Positions 39,147 to 53,520 of a stretch of 64,000 bases of DNA are shown one piece after another. Source of the stretch: Amoebophrya sp. A120 (Eukaryota > Protista > Dinoflagellata). The stretch spans positions 9,383,865 through 9,447,864 of the forward strand of contig CAJINV010000001.1 in assembly GCA_905178155.1 (NCBI GenBank), in the 5' to 3' direction. The number at the start of each line of letters is the position of its first letter. The first letter of the stretch is position 1. The notes under the pieces were generated by a model. It did not search any database, was not told the DNA's origin, and worked only from the letters and a program-made list of their open reading frames with translations. A program made the position numbers and the translations under genes.

Positions 39147-42047
39147 ATGCTGCTATCGGTCTGGCTACTTGTCATCGCCGCGGTTGCAGCGTCGACATCG
39201 TTGCAGAATGAAACAACACGAGATCAAGACGCACCTGCCACACAAACAACTACCCTTTTGGATACGGAAATCGGACTGCTACACGAGCAGCTACTCGAGC
39301 AGAAGCAGCGACTAGATGGTCTCGAGCAGGAGTTTCCTGCCGTTGCTGGTCATGGAACTAACGTCGAGCAAGACGACAACCCGCAAATCTCCTCATTTGG
39401 GTCATCAAGGAGTCCGACCGACATAAAGATCCACGCTGAGGGATTCTCGACTGACTGGCTGGTTGAAAAGCTCGTCGTCCCGGCGTGGTCGTCCCCTGCT
39501 TCAAGCACAACTCCTACCGCTCAACAAGCGGCCACGACGCTCCTTGATGCGAGGTTTTTGACGACGCGAACTGGCAAAGCCATTGACCATGGGAAACATG
39601 CTCGACTGCCGACGCACGTGCTGGTTAGTTTGGAACAAGATAGTCCCCCTGGTGGTGAACATGCACCGAGCAATAGGAGAGCAGCACAGTATAATTCCCA
39701 ACCTCAACAGTCTATTGCTTTCTACACAGCGGACAACGTTGTCAGAAGCCGAGCACTCGTTCGGTTGTCTGTGCCAGAGAATTCACCGAGGTGCTCAAGT
39801 CTCTATACGACTTTGATCGGAAACGGCGGGCTGGTTTTGATAAAGTGCGACGCGGAAGTTCTCCGGATGAAGGTAACCATGCAGAACGCCGCAGGCCGCA
39901 GCCGGCAGGAGAGGAAGATCTCCGACACAGAGAAGCTCGCCGCTTTCCACCCACCGCATGCGCATTTAAACTTGACAGCAAACTGGCTACCGGTTGCCGA
40001 CATGGTCATGGAAGAGAGTAGCGCAAGCGCCGAGGTTCGTATCCACTAAGTGCCCATCCTTGATAAGCAATTTTGAATCGCTAAAAAAATGAACATTTTC
40101 TGCAGTTGTTGAGTAAATGTAAGTTGTATCCAGCATGAATACATGATGTAGATTCCGATCCTAAATCAATTTCATCGTCCTGATGTCTGTCTCTCGTTTC
40201 AACAGGTTGCTTCGCTACTCTCCAGCATAGCCCTTGTTGGTGTAACAGGTCGTCGCGGAGGCTGGTCGTATGTGGTCGCGGCCCACGAAAACGGACTAAT
40301 TCACGCACAAGACTCGCGGGACGGCCGACGCGTTTCTGACGACATAGACCTGCTCACCTTGGCTGCGCCAACAGGAAGTTTCGGCGTTTGCAGCGCGGAC
40401 GAGACTGATTCAAGTACAAATGAAACGGAAGCAGGGGCTTCCTCGACGGAGTCTGCAAAATGTTCTCCACCTAGCAATGGCCGTGTTCCCGCCCAGCTAC
40501 CTCTGTCGATCCTGCAGATGGAAAGCCATCGCGATCTGAGCCTCGTTCTATGGCGAACTTCCAGTTCGTGGGGTGTGCTCGAGCTGATAACTACTCCAAA
40601 GCCCTCGAGTCGGGATAAGAAGCAGTCAGCGAGCCACGGATTCGAGCAATCGTCGAGACCGCCGATGCCACTGTCGCTCGTCGTGAAACGATGCATGCGG
40701 GGATTGCAGGATTTCGAAATTTTCAATCAAAGAACACATGACCAGGGTCTAGCTGGCAGCGGAGCTACTGCTGCAAAAACAAAAAGTGGCTCTACCAGAA
40801 CTCCACTCAAGATTCACTCCGTTCGATGGGACGGATACCTCGCTTACGTTGCCTTTTCTATCAACACAGCAACCTTCTTGGTCGAATCCACGCACGAACT
40901 TTTACGGACGCACTGCGATGACACGGAGCGAATGGTACGCGCGCGCAGATTGTGGCAGCTCGAGATTCCGGGCGAGACGGGAGCAGGAGGAAAAAGTAGG
41001 TCCGACGAAGACGCCAGCGAGAAAAGAACTGTTGAGCAGCTGGACATTCAAGTCCTCGGGGAGCGCGAGATGCTGCTGGTAGCAAGGGGCGACCGCGTCT
41101 TCGCGTTCCACCTTCTAAACAATGCCCGGAAGAAGATCTTTCCTGCGAAAGTGGCATTCGAGCACTTCTATGACGCAGCGAGGACCTCCCATACGAAATC
41201 CGAATCCGAACCAACAGGCGGGCAGAAAACACGTCTCCCGTTGCAACCATCTTTGCCACTGCTTTGGATTTTGAGCAGCGAAGATGTGCAGACCGCGGCG
41301 GGTATTGACGAGAACGCTGGTAGTTCGAAGTCGCTTTCCCCCTCATTGTCATCTGAAGCGCCTCGTCTCCCTGAAAGAAGAAATCCAGACCTCCAGATGG
41401 CAGCAGCGTCTCGCGGAGCTCAAGGCTTTGCAAACGATTTGCTTTTTGTGCGAAGAAGTACACGCTCAAGTAGTGGCACAGCTAAACCGACGGAGCAAGC
41501 AGAATCTCTGCCCGCCAGCTTTGGAGTTTTGTTCGACCTGCTCGAGCCGCGGCGGCCATGGAATCGCGATTCCCAGCCCTCCGCCCGGAGTCCCTCTGCC
41601 ACCACGGACGACCTGAAGAATGCAAAGGAGAGCGCAGACCAAAGCAAAAAGAGCAACAAGTGGGACTACTTCAGCTGGCTGAGCTACTCCAGGATACCCA
41701 TGATGTGTGCCGCGTTTGGCATTTTGTACGCGATTAAGGGAAAAACGATGTTCTCCAAGCTGCAAAACCGCGGCGGCGGCAACAACCGTTTCGGGGGAAG
41801 CAGCCGGGGAATGGGAGGTGGGCTCGGGCAGCTTGAAAACCTTGCCAACGGGCGGTTTGGAAACCACGTGCGGGGTGACGTCGCTGGTAGCTTGCGAAAC
41901 TTGGCAGCCAGTAGTCGAAGCCACTTTCACCCGCCGGGGTCTGTGCGGAACCGGGGGTCCAATGCCTCCCGGGCGTTCAACCCCGATCGATTCAACGCTG
42001 CACTCCAAAACTACCGCGGCACTAACCCTGCGGCGTACCGCATGTAG
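39147..42047 (+). CDS. Probable type I membrane protein of unknown function; intron 40035-40205
   Basis: Signal peptide MLLSVWLLVIAAVAA, short coiled coil, C-terminal hydrophobic segment IPMMCAAFGILYAI, G/R/N-rich tail. Confidence 0.75.
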
Positions 42048-42700
42048 AACTACTAGTACTAGGTTGCGCAGCCGCCTGCTTCTACTTCGGAATATTAAAG
42101 CAAAGAACGCAAGCGATCCAGATCCGCAAATACGTACGTTTCTCTGACGGTCGTGGATGATCACTCTCTCGCTGCCCGAAACTCAGTGTTCCTGTAGTCG
42201 AAAATCTACGCTGTCTAAATTTATCCACCGAAGCCCAACTATGTCTCTTGAAGAGCAAGAAGTATACTATGAAATGGAAATATCCAGAGAGTGTCCCGGT
42301 ATTATTGGATGAAACTTATAGATACGATTATGATAATATACAGTCAAAGCATGTAAACAAAGAGAAGTAAAGTACAACTACAAGTAGCAGATAGTGCGCA
42401 GAGTAAGTACTAGAAAGGCAAGTACCGTAGTACGGATGATGGCACAACGAAGACACGTAAAAGTAAAATCGCCCAATGGCTTCCTGCTTGTCGTCATGTT
42501 TTTCTAGGCGACCTGTGAACTACATAAGTTAGTTGCGCAAACAGACCATGCCGCGCGGGAGCAAGTGCAAGCAACAGCAGTCGCTTTTAAGTTCCCGATA
42601 TTTTACTACCATGCTTTTGCTTCTAAGTCCGACTACAATGCACGCGACCTGAGCTGCCGCGAGGCCCTACTAGCGTTGGGGGAATCATAAGTGGTTAGAC

Positions 42701-45700
42701 ATGGCGCAACAAGGCGTAGTCGCAAACGGCGGCACGACCGCGTCAGGCCCAGGCACAAGAATGTTGACCCGAACACGCACAGCGTCGTCCCACCAATCAC
42801 AGCAAGGTGCCTCTTCATCCTCCTCCTCCACGGGAAGGTCGATGCAACGGGAGAGTAGCGTGCGCGCTCTCTGCGGTGTGCAGGTCAGCAACCTGCTGAA
42901 TATCGTCCGGGGGAACAGAAAATTCCAAGAGGCGCTGGTCTTACCGCCATGGGAGGAGCAGGATGGACTGTGCAAACTGCTCAACCACTTGCGGCACAAG
43001 CTCGCCACGGGCGACCACGTCACGGACGCGGAACTGTTCTACCCCTTTCTGCAGGTCATCCGCGCCAAAGAAGTTGCAGGGCCAGCGACGGGGAAGGCCC
43101 TCGAGGGCGTTTTGAACATGCTGCGATCACACGCATGGGACCCCTCGATTCTGCGACAGGTGGCGGAAGGCGTGGAGCAGTGCAAGTTCGAAGAAACGTC
43201 GAGGGTACTGTAAAGGACTACGGTTTTTGTACCTGGGGTAATAATACTTGTGATAAATGAAACTGTGAGCAGCCTGAACTTTTTTCGGCGCTTGACGTGA
43301 GAAAGTCGATCTGAATGTAGAAACAGCTTTTGCAGCCCTCATTATTGTCATCTGACTTTGTTGAAAAAAAATTTTTTTGGCCTTGCAGGGTCTTCACCGT
43401 GCAACTTTGTTTTCGCTTTACATACAGGATCACGACGAGACCGTGCTGTACCTGGCCATCGAGGCGTTTCGCGTTTGCGTCGACCCAGCGAAGCACACGT
43501 CGGCCCCGGCGAACAGGAGCGCCGTGTGCGAGTTGGTGTTCGAACACCTGCTGACCCGATTTCACGCCGATGCCACGGGCGACGCTGCTACCTCCTCCGC
43601 ATCTTCGCGTAATCGTGTTAGCGTTATCCTCCGACAGGCATCGCTGAGACTGCTGCTAGATATCGTGACGGAGTACGCGTCGCCTGAATTCATTCCTTTC
43701 ATGGTGCGATGGGGCGTCAGCTTTCTCACCAGCGGGAAAGACTCGGTCGCGACCGACGAAAGTCGAATGTCGATCGCTGCCGCAGCAATCAGAACCGGAA
43801 TCGAGCACGACTACTGGGCATCGAGTAGGACGAGCGGCGATGAGGAAGAGACTGGTTTTTTGAATGTTGCGATGTTTTTCCGCTTTCCTTTTCATATGTT
43901 CCTGATTAGATTCGGTTTTTGATATGCTGCTTCTCTTGTAAGCGTTGTACGTTTCACTTTCATCTCTATCGGGACGAAGAGACTTGCAGCTTATTCCAAT
44001 GTATCAACACCAACAGACGCCAGCGCAGCTGTGTTCGTCGACGCAGCCAGCCGAGAGGCGTACATGGTCCAGATTCCCTTTGGCATTCTCAATGCGCTGT
44101 ACAAGCACCGGTCTGCGGCGATCCTGTGCACCTTGTTGCCCCTCGTCAACCGACTGCTCGGGATTGCCATGACCCGAGGGAACGCGCTGTGGGTCGAAGC
44201 CATCACCGTGGGCTGCTACCTCAGGTTGATTCAGGATCACCAGAAAGCCGTTGCCTACAACGCGGAGAAAGCCGCTGCCGCGGCCTCCGGCACCGGGGTC
44301 GTACCGACGACCAGTGTGGCGCAGCAGGGGGTCTTGCTGAATTCCGATGCCTTGGTGGTGTTGCTGGAGCACTTGGAGGAGGCATTTTCCGCGAACCCGG
44401 GCATTCCTGCGGTGCTACACTCCATCTCCGATGCTTGCTACTACAAACAGCAGTCCTGTCTCGAGCTCTGCAAAAGCCTTGCTAGTCTCTGCAGCACGCT
44501 GGACACGGTCACCCTCACCGGCCAGCGAAGTCAACGACTGTACTTCATTCTGCGCTTCTTTTTCTGATGAACAAGTTTTAGTTTATTCGCTTTTTTTCTA
44601 GTACTAGTTTTTTTCGAAACGCGGGCAAAGGCAAGCAAAAACACCTGTTTCGTTGAGTTATTCCTGGCGGTCTCGAAAAAAGCATTGAATAAATGATTGT
44701 CGCGACCGCATTCGTTTCTCCCCAGGTCTCGCGCAGCCGGCTTTGCCGTCATGGGTCTGTACTACATTCTGAAGGCCCACGCCGAGCTACCAACACAGGT
44801 CGAAGTGGATCGGCGAAGAGAAGTGTTGCTGGGCTGCATCAAAAAATTTGAGGAGAAACCTAAAAAAGCACGAGCCATCTTCGAACCAGTTTTGGCTTTT
44901 CTCCCAGACGTCCCCGCTCCACCACACGCAAAAACCGAAGACCTCCCGGAGGTCTACGAGGAGTGGGCGGTACGGATACTTATTCTAGCATTTTGAAGAT
45001 CATGATCATTCACGTAGACGTCCTTTCGTCCTCATACAGCTTTGCAGTGTAGGCGTAATTGGGCCCCTGAGACAAAGAAGCTTCAGAGGAAACGAAAAAA
45101 CATCAATACTATCTCAGGTCAAACTTTCCTGGCTGTTCAAGAACTCGCCTTTGATGCCGTTTGAAGCCGTGGGCGAGTTTTTCGGCGGCAATAACCCGGA
45201 CTCCACGCACTGCTACGCGGTTTTCTGTGCCCAGTTCGACATGGCCGACATGGGGCTGGACGTTGCCATGCGGATTCTGTTGCAAACCTTCCGCCTTCCG
45301 AAGGAGGCACAGCAAATCGATCGACTGATGAAGATCTTTTCGCACACGTTCTACGCGCGGAATCACAGCGAGGACAATGAAGATGTTGGCGCTTCTGATA
45401 GCACCACCACCACTGCTGCAGCGACGTCTACTGAAGGCGGCGAGGACGACACGACCTCGGCAGCAGCAGGCCAGCAGAAGAACAAGCCCAAGGGTTTTTA
45501 CAACGCAGCGGATGCGTGCTTCACGCTTGCGTTCTCCGTGATCATGCTGAACGTGGACCAGTACAATCCGCAAGTGAAAAACCGCATGGAGCAGAAGGAT
45601 TTCGTGCGAAACCTGCGAAAATGCAACGAGAACGAGGACTTCGACGAGGACCTGCTGAAGGGGATTTTCAACCGCATCCGCGAGTCAGAAATCCGCACTC

Positions 45701-48700
45701 CGGAGACGGGCGGCTTCGATTCGGAGCTGATGGCGGGCCGCTGGATGCACATCTTTACCAAGGACGACTTGAATTATCCGCAGAAAGCCGCGGGGACCTC
45801 CGACAGCAGAGACAGTGCCGTTTCGAGCAATGCGCCGTCGCAGTCGCCGAGCAAACGCGCAGTTGTGCCGGACGAGGACGAGTACTCGAATGGAGTAAAC
45901 ACGGTTGCCGCCGCGATGAGGCTGAAGTCTTGCTGGCCGAAGCTGAAGCCGCTGTACCGGTTGGGGTTTTTGAACTACTGCGGCAAAGACATTTTCGAGG
46001 CACTGGTCCGGGTGCTGAACCTGGATCGGCTGGCCGCCTCGCCGGCGTTTAGCTGCGTCGAGAGCTTGTGGCGGTTGGAAGATTTGGACGATCGCTGGAA
46101 CGACCACTCGAAGCCGAGCAGCTGCGTGCAACTGTTGTTTTCCGAGGGGGTGCAGGTCTTCCGAAATAACGCCATTCCCGGGGACTTGAACCTTTCCTCC
46201 GGCGCCGCCAAGACGCAGGCGGAGCAGCTGTTGGCGTGGAACCGGCGGCCGATCAAGTGTTTGCGGGTCTTGTTCAACTTCGTCGCCTTGAACCCGAACC
46301 GGATGGTGCAAGACTCGTCGTTCGTCGTGGTTTGCATCCTGTTCGCCCTGTATTCCTGCTGGGAGGAGCCGCAAATACCGCTCTACGACCCCATGCTGAT
46401 TCCCGCGGGCAGCAAGGCCAGGCGACGGGCGTCGTTGATGGGAGATGTCGGCAGTGGAGAAGCTCTAGCACAGCCTTCCACTCCCCAGAACACGGTCGAA
46501 TCCGTCCCGCCATCACCGGGCAACGCAGGCGAGGGCGGCCCGGACGAGGAGCCGTCGCACTACGTGCTGCACGAAGAGGACATCCGCGCCATCGCCGACC
46601 TGCCGGTGCACCACACCGTGTGGGACACGTTCTTCGGCGTTGGCAGGGGCCGCTTCCCCCTGGTCACCATAACGGAACAGAAAACCGGCACGGGGTGGAT
46701 GTTCGAGAAGGTGAGCGCGATGCTATCCGTTATGGGCGAAGAGGAGGCGAACGGCGACGATCTGAGCGCCGAATCTGAAGCGGACTTCAGCAGTTTGTCA
46801 GCCATTCGTAGCGCGGGCGGTGTCGGCTCCGGCACACCGACCGGCGCGCGGCTGGCGAGGGAAGCCGCCAGCCCGGGCATCGTGCCGGAGAAGCGATCGG
46901 TGGCGGAGCCCTCGCCGCCGGCCGCGGCGGACGACGACGTCTCGACGAACGCCTCCACCGCTGCCGCCGCAGCGGCGCCAGCCGACGGCGCCACGCCTGC
47001 AGTCAACAGTTCTTCAGCGACAGCGACCCCCATGTCCCTCCCCGTCGAGCCGCAGCCACCCCAGCGAACGACCACCCCCCAGGCGTTCAAGGGCGAGCGC
47101 AAAACGCGAAAGACCGTAGCGACAAACGCGAAGCCGCCCGACCCGCTTCGGCCCATCGTGGAGAGAGCGTTTCACAAGTGCGACCCATTCAACGTGTTCG
47201 CAAAATTGAACGCGCGACAACTCAATCTTCTCTCCACGAGCATCTTCCTCGCGATGCTCCACACGTGGCGAGGCCAGTCTGGCGCGGCCGACGGCGCTGG
47301 CGTTGCACAGGCGTCTCCCGTTTTGCCAGCGAACCCCGGGGGAGACGTCACGGTGCGGCCGTTCCAGCCGCCGGCAAGCCTGTCGACGGTGACGATCGGT
47401 GACGGCTTTGAGGTGTTGCGCTTCGCGCTGCGGCTCTGCGCGAAGGTCGCACACTGTCCGATTCCGCAGCTGCGGTCCGCCGGGAAGGCGGTGCTAGAAA
47501 CAATCCTGTGCTCCGCGAGCAGCAGCGTACCGGGACCCGGAACTGGAGCGGCTGCAGGTAAATTTGCATCGTTCAACATGTTGGTTACGATCGCGATTCT
47601 CAATCAAAGTCGCACGCTTGTTTATCGTACTAGTTAGTACTTATATAAATCCTGTTATTTGTCCTCGCATCACATTCACAGGCACTTCCTCCGTCATTGT
47701 CGCTGGCGGAGACAAGATTTCGGTCCGCACCGCCGCTCTCGCTTTGGTCGCGGTTTTCCGCTTTAAGGACCTGTGGGGGCGCAATTCCGTTGCGGAAATT
47801 TTGTCGCAGTTCTTGGAGCGGGTCGAGGTTGAGCGCAAACTGTTCGTGCAGCTTTCCATGGTCGCGTGCAACGCAGTGCACTGCTTCTTCAGCAGCGTGA
47901 AACACGACGAGATCCACACACTTTTCCAAACCAGCGAGGAAGTCCTTCTGGTGTTCCGCCTCCTCCGCGCGGGGTATCCGTCGAAGCAAAACGGTGGTGA
48001 CAAACTGATGGAAACGCGAGGCTTGAAGATCGAGAAAATCGTTGAGACCATGATGCTCTTGTTCCACCCGACGATACTACCGGTGCTGGGCTTGCAGCCC
48101 TACGCCCAGTGCCTCGGCGAAATCCCAGCGGAGTCACCGGAGCACATGTGTCGGCTGCTGCTCGCGATGCTGCGCATGCTCTCCAACAGCGGGACCAAAG
48201 TCGCGTCGGCAGTGCCGACCCCAACGAACAAAACCGCACTTGCCGCAGGCGGACCATCCTCCATTTCCGGATCAACCTCTAGTACCGTGGCAGCAAATTC
48301 ATTGTCCGGAAGCGCCCCACCAGGCACCCCCACGTCCTCCGCACAACAAGGCGCAACAGGAAGTACTAGCGGTCCAAACATCGAGGTGTTAGCGCAGATT
48401 TGGTGCCGCACACTGATTGCTTTGTGTCAGAATATGGCGCAGCTCTGGCTGACGCTGAAGCAGATGACGCCCGCGCCTGGCAGTCAGCAGGCGGTGCAGG
48501 GATTTTTCCAGTTGTTGATCGACCTGCAAGAGGTGGTTTTGTCCGAAACGGTGTCCCGACTTTACACCCCCTACGTGGGCATCCAGGTGGTGGAAAAACT
48601 GGTCGCGTTTCTCACCAGTTGCGCAACGCAGCAGGCCGCCCCGAAGAACCTGAGCACTCTGGCGCTGAACATCGCCTCGAAGTTCTTTTTGCTGAACCTG

Positions 48701-49753
48701 AAGCACCTGCAGCACCAGCCGCGTTTTGACCAGGCCTGGTTGATGGTCTTGCGGCTGATTCTGGTTCTCCACAAACAGGGGCGAGACACCCGGGACGAGG
48801 TGCTCGCAGAGCTGACGCTGGAAACGCTGAAGAACGTGATCCGCGTGTTGCTCGAGGGGGAGTTGTTAATGTTTACCACGACACCCCCGGGCAGCGGTCA
48901 AGAAGGTGGCACAAGTAGCAAAAGTGGGGGAAATAACGAGCAAGTCTGGTGGCGCGTGACGTGGGAGAACATCGAAAACCTGTGTCCGGGGTTCCGCACC
49001 CAATTGCAAGAAGAACAGCGGTCCTACGAGGAGCACGTGAGCAAGAAGCGTGAAAGTAGTCAAGATCAGGCACGGAATTTGCGCACGGAGCAAGCCGGCG
49101 GCGCGCAATCTTCCACCTCCGCGCCACCGGCTGTGATGGCACAGGCTGAGCTGCACCAGCAGGTTGCACCTGCTCAAGGGAGCAGTGCTCCCCCAGCGCC
49201 GGTGCCAAGTCCAGGACACCAGCCAGCGACCCAACCGCAGCAGCCGCCCCAGATGAACTCGCTAGTCGGGTTCGTCCCGCCGGAGAGGGCAGTCGTCCCG
49301 CCCGGCGTTGCGGTCCCAGCACCTCAGCAATCACATGCGCACCAGCCCGCGCCGCCTGGGACGACGTCGAGAGGAGGTGGACCACAAGGTCCGCCGCCAC
49401 CGGGGTCCCCGAAGCAGGGAATAGTAAGCGGCTCAGGGGTGCATGTGCCGAGGCCGCCGAGCAAGTCACAACCAGCGAGCGCCGCAGACAGCTTCGTCGT
49501 GGTTCCCCGCAGTCTAGAGGTACCGGTTCCGGGCAACGGAGCGGGCGCGCCGCGAGAGGGCAGCCACTCTGACAGCGATCCGGGCCTGTTTCGAGGTGCT
49601 GGTCAGGCTCCACAACCCCCGCATCACTACGCTACTGGCGGCTCCGCGTCAGAGTCAGACGCGTCAATGTTGACCGTAGAGGTAGAAGAGGAATACAATG
49701 TGGTGCCGAAAGTAAACAACACCGGCCAGGATGGCGCTCCCGATCTCACATGA
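42701..49753 (+). CDS. GBF1: Large ARF guanine-nucleotide exchange factor, GBF1/GNOM/Gea type (Sec7 domain), about 5 introns
   Basis: N-terminal PFLQVIRAKEVAGPATGKAL...CKFEET; Sec7 FRLPKEAQQIDRLM and FSVIMLNVDQYNPQVKNRM; C-terminal FDQAWLMVL...ETLKNVI. Confidence 0.88.
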
Positions 49754-50922
49754 TGAGTGATGAACGTAAACATAAGGGGTCATCTGGGAGCATGCACCAT
49801 CAGCATCTGAAGATGTTGGTCGTGGATACTAACTCTGGATCGCGACACCAGTAGTACCAGTAGCGAATGATAAACAAAACAGCGACTCCTGCGACACGCA
49901 CGACAACAATGGATAGATATTGACTCGGTATCCCCGGGCAAAGAACGCCCGCCAGTATGCTGGCGAGCTGCACGACGGCGCACAGGTAGTACATATCTTC
50001 GAAGAAGTAGCTTTTCTTCCGCAAAAAAAGTACAAGAGCAAATCGTTGTTCTCCTGACGTAAAGGCACTGCCAAAGTTCAGTAAGCCACAGAAACCGTTC
50101 ACTGTCCGACATGCTGTAAGCAAAAAGGACGACAGTAGAAGTGATACTGTCACAAACACAATAGCACACAAGGAGTGACTTGATTACAGTGTTCTGCCTG
50201 CAGACACAGACGTAGTGTTCTGCCTGCGCGCGCTTTGCCGCTTTACGAGTCGACTCGTCTCGATTTTTGTTGCCCGCATCAAGACGAAGCGTTAGCTGGC
50301 GTTTCTGATTCGAACGAAGTGCTTACTAAACCATAAGAACTCGAACTTTACTATAGACAACAGAGTAACGCCGGGCATGGTAGTACAGCAGTATGCTCGA
50401 AATCGAATCACAGGCTCGAACTCGATGCAGCTTAAGGAAGCGAGGAATTATTCTTCATCGAAATCGACACAGACACGTGCTTGCACGTCCGAGCGCAGAA
50501 AAAGGAAAATCTATCGCAAAAAAATTAGCATCCAAAACGTTCGACGACCAGCGACCATGCACTTTTTGAAAAACCGACCCTGCAGTGCAATTTGACCCAT
50601 ATTCGCGAGCCGCCCGTATCTTCCGGTAAAACATAAACGAGCTCACCAAAATCTGAATTTACTTCGCAACAAAATTCCTAACATTCCAGAATAGGCGGGT
50701 GAAAGATTGATGGAAGTACATAGATACTTTTTAGATGTAGAAGTTGTCTGTTTCAGTTTCTCATTTCGAGTGTGTTGCAAGAGGAGCTACTGCATTTTTT
50801 GAGAGGTTCCGGTCCGCATTTCCACTATTGCTAGCGTTTTGTCGCGTTATTTGCATCATCGTTTGTGTTTGAGGAGTCTCCAAAATCACAGGCACTTTAA
50901 TCAATATCGAACGCTAACGAAA

Positions 50923-51896
50923 ATGACATCTTCAATCGCGAAGCAGTTGCTCTCAAAGCAGTTGATCGAGCTGACAAAGGACGAGGCAAACGGATTCTCA
51001 GTCGGGCTAGAAGACGACAGCAATCTGTTCAAATGGAGGGTTTGTTTCGAAGGACCACAAGACTCGCTCTACGAAGGAGGTCTTTTTACGGGTATAAAAA
51101 ACTGGCTGTAAAGTAAAGCTTGAGGTTGAACTTCCTAGAAAGCAAATGTTTATTTATGCGCATTTTTTTACTGCGCTTGTTATTGTTTTGATGAGTGTGT
51201 CCACCTGACTTTTGCCATGGTGAAATGCAGATCCGAAAAATCCGAACGGGAAAAATGAGTATGGATGTAACGCGTTTCAAAAACTATATATACTCACAAC
51301 CCTTCAACACCACTGCCACAGCACTACTGACATTCCCCACGGATTTCCCGAACTCGCCACCCGACATGGTGTTTGAGACCGAGCTCTTCCACCCGAACAT
51401 CTACCCCTATGGCGTTCTCAAACGTTACATTCTGAACTGTTACATGAATTTGTGATGCAAGAATGGCAAAACTACAAGGGGAAAGATTGCGCCTTTTGCA
51501 TGACAGATTTGGAGCACATTGCCAGCCTATTTGGCCCTTCGGGAATTTGTCATGCGAAGCAGCTTGATTGTGTCGATTCTGATTGAAATTTTGCATGACA
51601 AATCATGTAACAGTTGAGAATGTAACATTTGAGAACGCCATAACCCCGACGGTAAGGTCTGCATTTCTATCCTGCATCCTCCGGGCACGGACGCATTCAA
51701 CGAGCAGGAAACCGCCGACGAGCGATGGCGACCGATACTGGGAGTGGAGAGCATTCTGATGAGCGTGTTGAGCATGCTGTTGGACCCGAACCCGGACAGC
51801 CCGGCAAACGCAGACGCGGCCGTGATGTACCGCGACAACCGGGATCAGTGGAAAAAGAAAGTCCGGGCGTTGACCAGAAAATCCGTGGAGGGGTGA
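50923..51896 (+). CDS. UBC7: Ubiquitin-conjugating enzyme E2, Ubc7/UBE2G family (167 aa); exons 50923-51091, 51322-51407, 51648-51896
   Basis: GPQDSLYEGG, FPNSPP, HPNIYP|DGKVCISILHPPG, ERWRP, PNPDSPAN. Confidence 0.93.
51408..51642. mobile_element. Introner family B copy 3 (235 bp), TSD ACCCC, inside the E2 active-site motif
   Basis: TIRs TATGGCGTTCTCAAACGTTACATTCTGAACTGTTACATGA / TCATGTAACAGTTGAGAATGTAACATTTGAGAACGCCATA; ACCCC at 51403-51407 and 51643-51647. Confidence 0.95.
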
Positions 51897-53502
51897 GATT
51901 TTGTTCAACTCGGAAATATTAAAGTAGAGAGTGGTTGAAATCTTGATTCTTGTTGTCGGAAGTTTATTATTCAAAGGGACGCCGGCTGCAACTGCGCGAT
52001 AGTGGAATGTATGTTGTTCGTCGCGGTCCTACTAGAAGGAAATAAATGCACAAAAAAAAATTGATGTCGAAGTAGATCATGCAACGACAACATCGTTTAC
52101 GTTTTTGTTGGATATACAAGAAAACAAAAACAAATCTGACGAAGAGCAACTCTTGCAGCTTGAGAACTTCTACCACAAACAGAACTAGAAGAAGAAAAGT
52201 GTAAGTTTCGGCGTTTCTCCTTTCTTGAAAACGAAAAAATGTGTAAACATTTCTTTTCTTATTTGCGTACTTTTCCCTTAAAGACAGAACTATGCCCCTG
52301 CCAGAAACAAGGTTCAGCGGTAATTCGTGTCTGCCTGAGAAACTTGAGCTTCATCCTCCGCAGCGACAACCTGTTTGTTGTTTCTGCGGACGCCTCAGTT
52401 CACATTGATTGTGAACAGCCATTGACTTATGACCTGATACGTTTACCCCGAGCTTTACGTCATCTTCTACCCTGGACTTATACTTGTAGTTAAGAGAACT
52501 CGCTCGCAGCTTCGCGCGTATTTGTATTTGCAAAATTTATACGAAAGTCAAAATGCCTTCCGGTTACTTAGTTGTCCAGAACTGGACTAAATCTAATATC
52601 CGCTCCCGGGTAGAGCGATGATATTATGGTGCTTTACTGTTGAGCTAGAGCTTCCTTTGACGCTATACAGACGAAATGGACCACTTTCATTGTTGGAGAC
52701 GATGAAGAGGATGCAACAAGAATGTTGATGAAAACCACTCTACTTGCGCCGCGACAAAAACGACAACTACTTTTTAATTGCAAAGATCGATCACCTCGAT
52801 GAAGGACGAAAAATTGAATGAGAATGGAAAGAGTTTCTGCTCAAGGACGATGTTTCTTTGGACTTTATCGTGCTAAGCGCAACCCACCGAGAGCTGCGCA
52901 GGAGTTGCACCAGATGGATTTTGCAAGTACAAGCTCGTTCGGCTTTGCATCTCAGTATGGTTTCTTTCGTTATAATATCTCGGGTCAAAGATAGGTGAGC
53001 ATACTTATTAGAGCAGCTCTGCTTCGTCGAGGGTTTGGGTTTCGTTGTCGTTAAATAAGAGAACCGCAGAAGAGACTCCTCTCGTATTGGGATTTGGGCC
53101 GTCGTAAATCATACTCCACGTCTACTGTGCATTTCGAGGATAACAAGAGGACGTTATGAGACTGCAACAATCCAGAACACTTGTTAATACCTGCACTGGT
53201 GCAGGACAAGAGAGAAGGTGAGTCGCGAGCAGTACATGATGAGCAGAAGAAATCACGTTCAAAGCTCCTGGTCGGGCGATCATAATGCAAAATGAGTTCG
53301 TACGGTACCGAGGTTGGAGGTACGTGCTTACTGTCAAAAATTTTCCGATGTTCATCTCGATTTGTATCAAATGCCGCCACCATATATTCGCTATTTCACG
53401 AACCGAGTTTCAGTTTCCGTCGGTTGATTCTAATTTTGAATTTTTCGTCAATCTTCCGACGTGTAGATATTTTTGACGTCAGTGTCCCAGCCCCCTGCCC
53501 CC

Positions 53503-53520
53503 CCACACACACACACACAC
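53503..53520. repeat. (CA)n microsatellite
   Basis: Run of about 8 CA units after a C tract. Confidence 0.7.

Noticed and set aside
45289-45330. Sec7 motif FRLPKE instead of FRLPGE
   Set aside because: The catalytic glutamate is retained; ordinary divergence
50188-50227. Direct repeat AGTGTTCTGCCTGC x2 in intergenic DNA
   Set aside because: Isolated short duplication with no supporting context
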